Positions 48,927 to 58,149 of a stretch of 64,000 nucleotides of DNA are shown here, piece by piece; position 1 is the first letter of the stretch, and each line of letters opens with the position of its first letter. A model generated the notes under the pieces. That model saw only the letters and a program-made list of their open reading frames with translations. It did not search any database and had not been told where the DNA came from. Source of the DNA: a virus; IMG/VR virus record IMGVR_UViG_3300028197_001229, positions 1 to 64,000 of that record; one strand, given 5' to 3'. Both the position numbers and the translations under genes were made by a program.

Positions 48927-49383
48927 ACTGAACATAGTCATAGATTCTGACTCGGATTGGGAAGCTATACTTGATACAATATACGAACGGATTGACGTAA
49001 CAGTAGGTCCTTTTTATAGGGAAATAGCGAATAGAGATTTCCTTTTAGTTTACGAAGATAGATACCCCCTATATGCAGATATGCATAGGGGGGTTAAGTC
49101 TTCTTTTGTGTCGCGTATAGTAAACAATGATTTGGAATGTTTGGTACTAGTACATGACTCAGTTTTATCTGGGTTGGACGGGCTTTACATAGCATATGCT
49201 ACTGAAGAAAGGAACAACATGGAGCTGTTATTTGCAGCAATTAAATTTGATTTAAACTTTTACTGCAAACAGTTAAAAGTTAAATCTAGTATAGGACATG
49301 GTGGGGATAATGATATAAACTTAGCAATAGTGCCTGTAGCATCCCTATTAAGTTCGGACAAAGAATATCAATACGAGCCGTAA
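48886..49383 (+). CDS. Hypothetical protein
   Basis: 165 aa, overlaps the recA end. Confidence 0.55.
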   Translation: MKLSKYNLKLTLSKLNIVIDSDSDWEAILDTIYERIDVTVGPFYREIANRDFLLVYEDRYPLYADMHRGVKSSFVSRIVNNDLECLVLVHDSVLSGLDGLYIAYATEERNNMELLFAAIKFDLNFYCKQLKVKSSIGHGGDNDINLAIVPVASLLSSDKEYQYEP

Positions 49384-49827
49384 GTGGATAATATACACTA
49401 CCCTTTACAAGGAGTAGCTTATTATTTTCTTCGCCGCAGACGTAAGCCAGAAATTTGTTTCTGGCATTTAAATCATACTTCGTACGAAAAGGTCATAGGA
49501 CCGCTACCTACCAAGGAGTTTGACAGTGAAGGTTCAGTTATCTTCGAGGACATACACAGTTATTTAAATCAATTTAACAAACACATGTACGTAGATAGAG
49601 GAAACCCTCCTCGTCTAGGTGATATGATACTGTATATTCCTGATGACACTGCAACTATCTATGACAAGATTATAGGAGCGTTCTTCGTTTCAAGAAGTTT
49701 GTTTGACAGTTTTCAAGTCGAATGTAGTTTCGTAGATTTTACACCTGATGACAGATATGGATTTGTCTTAGTTGATCACAAATTTATGAACAAAAATATT
49801 ATTCACGAAATAACCCAATCACTATGA
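49384..49827 (+). CDS. Hypothetical protein
   Basis: 147 aa, GTG start abutting the upstream stop. Confidence 0.55.
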   Translation: MDNIHYPLQGVAYYFLRRRRKPEICFWHLNHTSYEKVIGPLPTKEFDSEGSVIFEDIHSYLNQFNKHMYVDRGNPPRLGDMILYIPDDTATIYDKIIGAFFVSRSLFDSFQVECSFVDFTPDDRYGFVLVDHKFMNKNIIHEITQSL

Positions 49828-50375
49828 CAACCAATCCCGGTACACCATCACCACCAGATCCGTTTTACAACAAACATGTTGTTTACGTTTATCCTGCAAT
49901 AGATGCTTATACCAATATGCATCCACGGCATCCTGATACTCCTTGCACTCTTGTACTTGAGCACACCAAAGGCTCTGAAGTTTTAGATCATAAAGTTTAC
50001 GAGTTACATACAACACTAGTCTCGGCAAGAGATTGGGATCCTGTTATAGAAACTATAAACGTATACTATAATGTTTCTGGGCCTAGTACATACATGGTGA
50101 GTATACACAACTTGTCTCTTATACAGAGGGCTGCCTGGTGGTGGTCTAGGCGTTGTATGCTACCCGATCCAACATGGAACAGTAATCATGTCCAGAAGGA
50201 CATTGTGAATCATTATAATGGTCCTGCTATAATTACAGCAGAGGAGCGTTTTAATTTTAACGTAAACTTAGCTTGTTTGTCACTAGGTGAAGATGTTATG
50301 CAATCTAATGCATACAAATCTATTGACGATCAGTTTTTAAATTTTAAAAAATTATGGCAATTAGTGCGAAGTTAA
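49824..50375 (+). CDS. Hypothetical protein
   Basis: 183 aa, ATGA overlap. Confidence 0.6.
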   Translation: MTTNPGTPSPPDPFYNKHVVYVYPAIDAYTNMHPRHPDTPCTLVLEHTKGSEVLDHKVYELHTTLVSARDWDPVIETINVYYNVSGPSTYMVSIHNLSLIQRAAWWWSRRCMLPDPTWNSNHVQKDIVNHYNGPAIITAEERFNFNVNLACLSLGEDVMQSNAYKSIDDQFLNFKKLWQLVRS

Positions 50376-52000
50376 AACCTAGAGAAGTTAAATCCTGTGG
50401 AGACAGCTACTTAAAGGGGTGTCAGAAAATAGAAGAAGTTTTAAAAGAACTAAATTTTGGCTCATTACGAGAGGGTCAAGATCAAGCCGTTATGAACTTA
50501 TTAATGAAGCGGGATACACTTTGTGTATTACCCACAGGCTTCGGTAAGTCTGCTATATACATTGTACCTACTCGTGCACTAGAATGGAAAGCTCTTATAT
50601 TTAGTCCCTTAGTATCACTTATGAAAGATCAAGTTGAGTCACTTTGGGATAAAGGTTATAAGGCTGGTCAAATATCCTCTGGACAAACTGCTTCTGAAAA
50701 TAACGCAGTTATAGCTGATTGGGAGCGAGGTGATCTTCAATTTTTGCTTGTTGCACCCGAACGTTTGCAAAACGAGCAGTTCGTTGACATGATGCGTTGT
50801 TATAAACCTAACATGGTTGTAGTAGATGAGGCTCACTGCGTTTCACAGTGGGCACATAGCTTTCGCCCAGACTATGTAAAGATAGGAGATTTTGTTTCTG
50901 ACATTTCTCCGGAAGTTGTTTTAGCGTTAACTGCAACATTGACTCCAGACATGGAAACTGATGTAAGAGATACATTAACAATAACTGGGGCTGAGAGGAT
51001 AACATTTTATCCACAACGTAGGAATCTTACGTTTGAAAGATATCCTTACAGTATAGATGTGTTACGTTCTACACTTAACAGTATGAGTGGTAGCACTATT
51101 GTTTACTGCTCTACACGTAAGAAAACACAGGAGTTATATACTACACTAAAGGGTCAGATAACAGGAGACTGTTTAGTCTACAACGGCGGTATGAGTTCTG
51201 ACGAGCGAACAACTAGTCAAAACTTGTTTATGAGTAATGACGTTAGGGTTATGTTTGCTACGAATGCATTCGGACTAGGTGTTGATAAGGGTGACATACG
51301 TTGTGTCGTACATGTTGATATTCCAGGCTCGGTCGAGCAATATGTACAGGAAACTGGACGTGCTGGACGTGATGGTGGAGATTCTAGGTGTATACTATTA
51401 GAGGACGTTAGATCTATATCTACACAACAGTGGTTCTTAGAAACTACATATCCTGACGAGCAAACTATCCGATCAGTGTACACTATATTCTCAAATGTTG
51501 CTGACTCTAACGGAGTAGCCCGGTTAACTAATGTTGACGTTGCTAAAAAATTAAATCTCAATGCAGCATATGTTACTTCTGCTAAATCAGTGCTTATAGC
51601 AAATAACGTTATAGAATCAAAACCCTCAAAAACAAAAATATGTAAAGTTAAAATTATTGACAAGGAATCTACCGAAGACTTACTAGAAAGTGTTCAAACA
51701 TATGGTCATCCAGTTAATGATTTCTTTGAAGTAAATATTGAGTTTCTTTCTGAGCAGCTTGGTATAGCCCCGCCCACACTTAAGTCTAAACTTTCAAAGT
51801 TGGATAAAGAAGGCGTAATCATTTACATAGCTCCATTTAGGGGGAATCCAGTTACACTGTTGGGTGACATAACTTTGGTGGATTTTAAATCCTGTGATTC
51901 TAAAAGAAAGATTGCTCAAAACAAACTTGTAGATTTACTAGAGTTTTTAAAACTCGAAAATAATGAGAAACATGAATATCTAACAGAATATTTTTCATGA
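50354..52000 (+). CDS. recQ: RecQ-family DNA helicase
   Basis: LREGQ, LPTGFGKS, SPLVSLMKDQV, VDEAHCVSQWAHSFRPDY, ATNAFGLGVDK and YVQETGRAGRDG motifs. Confidence 0.95.
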   Translation: MAISAKLKPREVKSCGDSYLKGCQKIEEVLKELNFGSLREGQDQAVMNLLMKRDTLCVLPTGFGKSAIYIVPTRALEWKALIFSPLVSLMKDQVESLWDKGYKAGQISSGQTASENNAVIADWERGDLQFLLVAPERLQNEQFVDMMRCYKPNMVVVDEAHCVSQWAHSFRPDYVKIGDFVSDISPEVVLALTATLTPDMETDVRDTLTITGAERITFYPQRRNLTFERYPYSIDVLRSTLNSMSGSTIVYCSTRKKTQELYTTLKGQITGDCLVYNGGMSSDERTTSQNLFMSNDVRVMFATNAFGLGVDKGDIRCVVHVDIPGSVEQYVQETGRAGRDGGDSRCILLEDVRSISTQQWFLETTYPDEQTIRSVYTIFSNVADSNGVARLTNVDVAKKLNLNAAYVTSAKSVLIANNVIESKPSKTKICKVKIIDKESTEDLLESVQTYGHPVNDFFEVNIEFLSEQLGIAPPTLKSKLSKLDKEGVIIYIAPFRGNPVTLLGDITLVDFKSCDSKRKIAQNKLVDLLEFLKLENNEKHEYLTEYFS

Positions 52001-52485
52001 TACCACAAGAACATCCAAAGTTTAAGAAACATGTAAGCTATTTAGTAGACATGATACAACGTACTAAGGGTATGACACCATACTTTACTCGTACTGAAGA
52101 GTTTGAAAACCCAGAAGATATAGCTGCATCTGAATGGGTTACATGTGGTAAATGTTCTAAGCGCGTCAGTGTTTCGGATGAATGTAAATGGTTAGATACT
52201 GGTTCCGTCAAGTTTTTAGAAAATGTAAAATATACAAAATGTTGTGGTAGAACGTTAGAACCGGAAATGTGTACATTTGTATGCGTTTGCTGTGAGCGTC
52301 CTGCTGTTTACATAACTCCGCACTCTAACGAAACTGGATTCGAATACAAGCCAGGTCAAATCTACCATATAGACGCATGTAGCGAATGCGACGGAACGGG
52401 TGGAATGAAATCAATGATTATAGAACAAACTGTTCACAACAAGTTAAATAATACTAAATCACAAGATAGTACAACGTCACAATGA
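51997..52485 (+). CDS. Multi-CxxC zinc-binding protein
   Basis: CGKC, KCCG, CVCC and CSEC. Confidence 0.65.
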   Translation: MIPQEHPKFKKHVSYLVDMIQRTKGMTPYFTRTEEFENPEDIAASEWVTCGKCSKRVSVSDECKWLDTGSVKFLENVKYTKCCGRTLEPEMCTFVCVCCERPAVYITPHSNETGFEYKPGQIYHIDACSECDGTGGMKSMIIEQTVHNKLNNTKSQDSTTSQ

Positions 52486-52682
52486 TAGATCTAAACATAA
52501 TAGCATATATCCTGTTAGGCTTTTACCTCGGAGTTTATTGCTCTGAGAAAATGGAGCTGAAATTTAAAACAATAACATTCCCAATCACAGTATTTTGGGG
52601 ATGGGTATCAAAACTAATAAATAAAACAAACAACAAAGATGAAGAAAACAACAAAGAAGAAAACATCAAAGGCAAACTTTGA
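52482..52682 (+). CDS. Small membrane protein
   Basis: Hydrophobic N-terminus IIAYILLGFYLGVYC; ATGA overlap. Confidence 0.5.
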   Translation: MIDLNIIAYILLGFYLGVYCSEKMELKFKTITFPITVFWGWVSKLINKTNNKDEENNKEENIKGKL

Positions 52683-52989
52683 GACTTACAACTGCTCACG
52701 TATTAACGAACCTTACCTCACAGATGAGGGACAAGCTTACATAGAGTTAATAACTAGTGATGGGGACTGTACTACTCTAGAGTGTACACTCGATCTTTAC
52801 CGGGCTCTTATGAAAAATAATATAAACGCTAACAGCCGTGTAGATTTTTGTTTTTATAAAAGTAAAGATACAGATCTAGTTGAGTATGTTAGTAGTACAC
52901 CTAAAAACGAGTACCGTGCTTATCAGGTAGAATATGAAGATTCTATAACTCTTCCTAAAGAAACTGTGTTTAAGAATCCGGAGGAATAG
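52639..52989 (+). CDS. Hypothetical protein
   Basis: 116 aa ATG ORF. Confidence 0.55.
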   Translation: MKKTTKKKTSKANFETYNCSRINEPYLTDEGQAYIELITSDGDCTTLECTLDLYRALMKNNINANSRVDFCFYKSKDTDLVEYVSSTPKNEYRAYQVEYEDSITLPKETVFKNPEE

Positions 52990-53002
52990 CCGTATACTAC
53001 GT

Positions 53003-53019
53003 GTTATATATATTTGGTA
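53003..53019 (+). promoter_or_regulatory. Conserved 17-bp intergenic motif, copy 3
   Basis: gttatatatatttggta, 29 bp upstream of ORF 53049. Confidence 0.6.
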
Positions 53020-53048
53020 CTCTTTTAATCTTATAATAAAAAACAAAA

Positions 53049-53954
53049 ATGACTAATAATAATAATCAAAAAGTTACAATTGAAAAGACACCTATGTATA
53101 TGACTACTTCGAAACTAAAGTTTATGGACAAAGTTGTACGTCCCGAGACATGGGTTCCGTTGGAGACTTCTAAACTGTATGTTGAGACTTATAACATACA
53201 GTTTACATATGTTCGTTCTACAAAACAAGGCACATCAACAATAGGTCGACCGACCACAACCATTAATGAAAAGTTTGTTTTTAATCTGGCTACAGGTCCT
53301 AAGCTTACTATTGTGGTAGGTGCAACGCCAGCCGAGTTAGATGAAGCCTTTATACCAGGCGCTTGTCTGGATACATTGGACTCGTCTTCGGCAATAACCA
53401 GGAGTTGGATTTCTGCTAATGGTGGCGCCGGTATGGAACTTGGTTCTGTACAGGGCTGGGATAGGGCTGGATCGGATCACTTCCCAGTTAAAGTTTCAGA
53501 CCTCAGACGTATGTTTACATCTAACAATGATAGATATTACTACAATGGTGAGTCTCGTGTTTTCACTTGCTTTGCTGATATAGACACTCCTACACAAAAC
53601 AAGGAACATCTATATTACAAAAGTGGAGAAAATGGTACAGCTAGGCTGCTTCCCTGTTTCTCATATTACACATTTGAGGAATACGTCTTCGGATCTGACA
53701 TCTGGGAGGATCAACCTTCCTCTGTCGACATGGGCCCAGCCCCTTACATTCAGTGGAACCCACTTGATTACAGTCCATCCTGCAGATTCTCTCAAGATGA
53801 ACTGACACCGAGTGGTTCGTTACTTAACAATTCAGCTGCATTGTCAAAAATTCCTATAAATTTTTCTTTTCATACTAAAGAAACTCCGTGGGAGTTAGAC
53901 TCAGATGCACTGGCTTATTACAGCCCTGATCGTAAGTTCATAACAAAGCCTTAA
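53049..53954 (+). CDS. Hypothetical protein in its own transcription unit
   Basis: 301 aa, flanked by motif copy 3 and a terminator. Confidence 0.7.
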   Translation: MTNNNNQKVTIEKTPMYMTTSKLKFMDKVVRPETWVPLETSKLYVETYNIQFTYVRSTKQGTSTIGRPTTTINEKFVFNLATGPKLTIVVGATPAELDEAFIPGACLDTLDSSSAITRSWISANGGAGMELGSVQGWDRAGSDHFPVKVSDLRRMFTSNNDRYYYNGESRVFTCFADIDTPTQNKEHLYYKSGENGTARLLPCFSYYTFEEYVFGSDIWEDQPSSVDMGPAPYIQWNPLDYSPSCRFSQDELTPSGSLLNNSAALSKIPINFSFHTKETPWELDSDALAYYSPDRKFITKP

Positions 53955-53965
53955 TTAACTACCTT

Positions 53966-54001
53966 AAAAAAAACACCTTGCAATGCGCTGGTGTTTTTTT
54001 T
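53966..54001 (+). terminator. Intrinsic terminator, possibly bidirectional
   Basis: aaaaaaaacacc...ggtgtttttttt. Confidence 0.7.
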
Positions 54002-54012
54002 AACTCTCAACT

Positions 54013-54354
54013 ATGACTAAAGTAAAAACTATAGAAGATATAGAAGTTTTAGAAAAAAATACTAGCGTTATGCTAGCCGTTAGCTCAGAGCAAGGAGTTG
54101 TTTTTATGTCACAAATTGGTGGCGACAATTTAGCTCGCTTGTTAAAAGAAGCCTCTAATATTCCAAACATTCCAATTCACAGTCAGGAAAATCAACTTGA
54201 TATTATAGGTCAGGAAATTTTAGTAACCTCGGACCGTTCTTACTTTAAACGTATAACAGGTTTGTTTACTTATTTAGATTGGTCAGATATGTCCACTGTT
54301 GAAAAATTATTGTCTAGGGAGCAGTACACTTATTCTTTTGTATTGTCTTACTAA
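54013..54354 (+). CDS. Hypothetical protein
   Basis: 113 aa ATG ORF. Confidence 0.6.
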   Translation: MTKVKTIEDIEVLEKNTSVMLAVSSEQGVVFMSQIGGDNLARLLKEASNIPNIPIHSQENQLDIIGQEILVTSDRSYFKRITGLFTYLDWSDMSTVEKLLSREQYTYSFVLSY

Positions 54355-54364
54355 TATTTTTTAA

Positions 54365-54393
54365 TTGACTAAGTAACGTATTTACTTAATAAT
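54365..54393 (+). promoter_or_regulatory. Sigma70-like promoter with palindromic spacer
   Basis: TTGACT-N17-AATAAT; the inverted repeat taagtaa-cgtat-ttactta spans the spacer. Confidence 0.45.
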
Positions 54394-54434
54394 TTTATTT
54401 AACTTTCAAGACTAACTAACCTAGAATTATACTA

Positions 54435-54701
54435 ATGAGCAAAAATCAAGAACTTACTCAAGAAGAAGCACAGCTTCGTTTCAAAAAAGCAAATGCACAA
54501 GGATTCATCAATCAGATGATTTCTGGTTCTGGTGCAACTGCAGAACAAGCAGTTGAGCTTTTCAACAAAAGCGACGCTAAAGCAGACCGGATGATATCAA
54601 AACAAGCAAGCATAAGAGAATCTATTCTAGCTGAGGTTAATAACCAGGTTAGCCCAGATACTCAAAACTTGCCTGAGAATCTGAGACAAGCTGCTTCGTA
54701 A
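54435..54701 (+). CDS. Small helical K-x-A protein
   Basis: 88 aa with FKKANAQGF and ISKQAS; has its own promoter and terminator. Confidence 0.7.
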   Translation: MSKNQELTQEEAQLRFKKANAQGFINQMISGSGATAEQAVELFNKSDAKADRMISKQASIRESILAEVNNQVSPDTQNLPENLRQAAS

Positions 54702-54750
54702 CTTTATTTCTCGCGCCACACGCTGACAAAAGACTGGAGCAATTCAGTCT

Positions 54751-54782
54751 AAAACCCACGGTTTTATCGCTGTGGGTTTTTT
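54751..54782 (+). terminator. Intrinsic terminator preceded by a GNRA hairpin
   Basis: aaaacccacgg...ctgtgggtttttt; upstream hairpin agactgga-gcaa-ttcagtct at 54731-54750. Confidence 0.7.
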
Positions 54783-54820
54783 GTCTTTACAATTAACTTT
54801 TAATCTATCATTTATATATC

Positions 54821-55420
54821 ATGGAACGATCATTACTCCAAGAAAAGTTGTCAGAACTTCTTGAATTCAAGCGTATAGAACACGGATTCAGCTGTCATGA
54901 CATGGCTTCATTTTTAGGTGTCTCATACTTACAATACCACAGGTGGGTTACTAAAAAAACTTTACCTCGTATGAAGGCACTACAAGACGTATGCACTCGT
55001 TGCAGTGTAGACTATTTATCGTTTATAAACACTACAACTAACTGTCTAAGTCCGGTCACATTTGATTCTATATGTAGCATGTATACTAGATCGGATTTGG
55101 ATGACACTACATTTAAAACGTTCTTAGTTGCTGTCAGTTTACTATTTAAAGAATTAGTTTCTGAGTACAGCATATCTCCAAGTATGGTTTTAGCTGACAT
55201 TGCGGCACCTGACATTAGAAATTTAAGCCGTTTTTCTGTTCAAGCTTTTTACTCTTGTGGACCAGACTGGGGCAACCTAACAGTTATAGGTGGTAAGAAG
55301 ACTATTCTATTTCGTGCATCTAAGTTAGAAACTCCTACTTCGCAGTATGGCTTTGAAGCTCTGAGCGCGGCATCTCTGAGTCGTGTTATAGAATTAACTA
55401 AACTGAAACATAACCTTTAA
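54821..55420 (+). CDS. XRE/Cro-family HTH transcriptional regulator
   Basis: KRIEHGFSCHDMASFLGVSYLQYHRWVTKKTLP fits an HTH_3 pattern. Confidence 0.7.
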   Translation: MERSLLQEKLSELLEFKRIEHGFSCHDMASFLGVSYLQYHRWVTKKTLPRMKALQDVCTRCSVDYLSFINTTTNCLSPVTFDSICSMYTRSDLDDTTFKTFLVAVSLLFKELVSEYSISPSMVLADIAAPDIRNLSRFSVQAFYSCGPDWGNLTVIGGKKTILFRASKLETPTSQYGFEALSAASLSRVIELTKLKHNL

Positions 55421-55421
55421 A

Positions 55422-55844
55422 ATGTCTAAAACAAATATTGATACAGGTATACCACCTAGTGAGGTAACAAAAAGAAAACGTATACAAGATTTAATACTAT
55501 CTGGTGAAGATCCAGGAGGTATTGATAATACTGAAGTAAAGACACCTCCGGAAGTAGCACCCAGGGTTGATAACATATCATACATTCGAGTCAAGATAAG
55601 GCACGATCTTTATACGCTTCATCTTCCAGCTCTTGACGTTTCTGTTGCAGAACACCAGGTGGCTATACGGCTACCCAACAATGGTGTTAAATTTGAGCCT
55701 AGTGAACTAAATGGAGATTTTGTAATAACGCACATGAACAGTGATTATAAAGTAGCTTACCTAGGTGGAATATTCGAGTTCCCGGGAGACAACTCTTGGG
55801 TTATAGCATTTATTAGGGACAAACGTGATGAGGAGGAAGATTAA
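55422..55844 (+). CDS. Hypothetical protein
   Basis: 140 aa ATG ORF. Confidence 0.65.
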   Translation: MSKTNIDTGIPPSEVTKRKRIQDLILSGEDPGGIDNTEVKTPPEVAPRVDNISYIRVKIRHDLYTLHLPALDVSVAEHQVAIRLPNNGVKFEPSELNGDFVITHMNSDYKVAYLGGIFEFPGDNSWVIAFIRDKRDEEED

Positions 55845-55846
55845 TA

Positions 55847-56074
55847 ATGATTAAAAATTCTAAAATTGAAGTTGGTAAAACTCCGGCTGAAAACTCAAAC
55901 GGTTCTAAGTGCGACGATATTGTAAACGGAAACCCGGTCAAAAAATCTGCTAGTTCAAATAATTGTTTTGATAAAGTATCTTCAATAGTCTTTAATATAG
56001 AAGATCAAAATGATGAATCAAATACAGAGATACAAGATGGTAAAACTAGCGGGGTTAGACCCAAAAGTTCTTGA
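55847..56074 (+). CDS. Small hypothetical protein
   Basis: 75 aa; contains VKKSAS. Confidence 0.5.
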   Translation: MIKNSKIEVGKTPAENSNGSKCDDIVNGNPVKKSASSNNCFDKVSSIVFNIEDQNDESNTEIQDGKTSGVRPKSS

Positions 56075-56345
56075 AGCCTTGGTAAGTGCGGCAGCTGGTG
56101 CTACAGCCGGTGGTGTTATAGGTTCTACATCCGCTATGCTGATACCTCATAAGTATGATCCGAACAACCCTGAGTTTTTGGCTAGTAAGGATAATGACGA
56201 TAAGTACGTCAGAGATCCCGTAGGTCAGGGTTTGCGTAGTGCCCTTGTTGGTGCCTTAATAGGTGGTTCTAAGCCTTGGGTGGAAGATCCTATGCGTGAT
56301 TGGATGAAGGATCAAGACTGGTACAGTAATTTAACAAAGAAATAA
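56010..56345 (+). CDS. Glycine-zipper protein
   Basis: MVKLAG...AAAGATAGGVIG...ALVGALIGG. Confidence 0.6.
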   Translation: MMNQIQRYKMVKLAGLDPKVLEALVSAAAGATAGGVIGSTSAMLIPHKYDPNNPEFLASKDNDDKYVRDPVGQGLRSALVGALIGGSKPWVEDPMRDWMKDQDWYSNLTKK

Positions 56346-56349
56346 TATT

Positions 56350-58149
56350 ATGGATGACTTGAAATTTCATTTCACAACAGATCAAGCTAAGAAATTTGAT
56401 GATCCGTTCTTACTACCCTCTAGTGAGTATATACCAGACAACCTTGAATCTGCCTTAGATTTTTGTCTGTTTTTGTATTACCTAAACCCACAGTACAGAC
56501 GAGCTTCTATGCGTGTTGTTAGGCACTTCATAACAGATTTTGAATTCCCTGGGGATGGTTCAGCTACTGAGAAAGACGAGGCAGATGAATATTTTACCCA
56601 CACACTTCGACTACCACAGGCAATGGCTGAAATGGGTGACGAGTGGGCTTGCTTCGGCAATTCTTTCTATAGGATTCATTTTCCTTTTGATCGCGTACTC
56701 ATTGATGATAGGTTTGACGCTGAGTATTCTCTTAATATGTTTTCTGAAAGTTCGATTAAGTTTAATATTAAAAAAATGAAATATGAGGTTCCAGACCCTA
56801 AGGAGCCAAAAAAGAAAATTGAACTTTGTTTTCGCGACATTCCCGTAAAAGACAAAGGTAGAATTAGATTAAGGAAACTTGATCCTAAAAATGTTTCTAT
56901 TAGGCATAACCCTATATCAGGAACTAATTCTTACATTTATAGTTTCGAGAAAGAATTAATAAAGGACTGTAAGGATGGTAAACCATACGTAGTTAACGAG
57001 GTCCCAATGGACATGCTCAAAGCTATATCTGATAGTAAAGATTTTTTATTTTACGAAGATGAGATTTTTCATTTTAAATCTCCAACTATTTCAGGGATAA
57101 GTAATAGGGGTTGGGGTCTTCCAGAAACAATAGCTAACTACAGGTCTCTCCATATTTTGCAGGTTTATCGTAAAATAGATGAAGCTATTGGTTTAGACTA
57201 TATGGTTCCGTTTAGAATATTTACCCCGGAACCAGGTACTAATGAAACTGGTATTGTTAAAAATTTAATACTTAGTCAGTGGCGTGGTCAGGTTGAGAAC
57301 ATAATTAAGAACCGTAGGAAAGATAAATTTGCAATGCATGCTTTTCCTTTTCCTTTAAAATATGAAGAGTTTGGTGCTAGTGGTAAGAATTTGGCGCCAA
57401 AAGATTTAATTGAGTATCAAACTAATAGTATGCTTGATGCCATGGGCTACCCTGCTGAATTGTTTAAAGGTTCCCTTGCTGTTCAGCAGGTTCCAACTGC
57501 AGTTCGTCTTTTTGAGAATAGTTTTATGTTTGTACATTTGGGCTTTAATGATTTTGCCCAGTGGGTGTCTAAAAAGGTTTCTAAATTTATGGGTGAGCCT
57601 TACATGCACCTTAAGTTGGAACGTCCTAGTTTGGCTGATAATATTGATAAACAAAATGTTATCATGCAGCTTTCTTCTGCTGGTGAGATTTCACGTAAGA
57701 AAGCTTACAGCTGGCTTGGAATTACCGATGCTGTTGATGAGCGGAAAGAACGTCTTGAGGAAGATGCTGAAATTCAAAAAGTTCAGATGCAGAAAGAAGA
57801 AGAACTTCGCAGGGAGATGGAGCAAGGTTCTATTGACAAACAACTTGACGCACAAGCTCAGGCACAACAGCAACAGGGTGGCGGAGGAACACCTCCAGGT
57901 GGCCCACCACAACAGGGTGGAGGCGGTGCAGGTGGTGGAGTTACACCAATGGATGTGCAAGGTCAGGCTCAAGAGTTAGCCCAGCAATGGGCATCAATGC
58001 CTGAAGGTGATCGTAGGAAAAATATGCAACAAATAAAAGCTAGTGATCAAACTTTGTATTCTTTAGCTAAACAGTTTTTAGAAGATATGCGTAGCAGCGC
58101 TAAGTCACAAGGTGTACAGCAAATGTACGATCAAGCTGGTGGTCAATAA
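56350..58149 (+). CDS. Probable portal protein
   Basis: 599 aa with YYLNPQYRRA, GNSF, LRKLDPKNV, EIFHFK...RGWGLP and DAMGYPAELF in portal-like order; Q/G-rich tail. Confidence 0.65.
   Translation: MDDLKFHFTTDQAKKFDDPFLLPSSEYIPDNLESALDFCLFLYYLNPQYRRASMRVVRHFITDFEFPGDGSATEKDEADEYFTHTLRLPQAMAEMGDEWACFGNSFYRIHFPFDRVLIDDRFDAEYSLNMFSESSIKFNIKKMKYEVPDPKEPKKKIELCFRDIPVKDKGRIRLRKLDPKNVSIRHNPISGTNSYIYSFEKELIKDCKDGKPYVVNEVPMDMLKAISDSKDFLFYEDEIFHFKSPTISGISNRGWGLPETIANYRSLHILQVYRKIDEAIGLDYMVPFRIFTPEPGTNETGIVKNLILSQWRGQVENIIKNRRKDKFAMHAFPFPLKYEEFGASGKNLAPKDLIEYQTNSMLDAMGYPAELFKGSLAVQQVPTAVRLFENSFMFVHLGFNDFAQWVSKKVSKFMGEPYMHLKLERPSLADNIDKQNVIMQLSSAGEISRKKAYSWLGITDAVDERKERLEEDAEIQKVQMQKEEELRREMEQGSIDKQLDAQAQAQQQQGGGGTPPGGPPQQGGGGAGGGVTPMDVQGQAQELAQQWASMPEGDRRKNMQQIKASDQTLYSLAKQFLEDMRSSAKSQGVQQMYDQAGGQ

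Noticed and set aside
57410-57979. 189 aa alternative-frame ORF inside the portal gene
   Set aside because: It is fully nested, starts at TTG and has an implausible composition; probably a by-product of codon bias.
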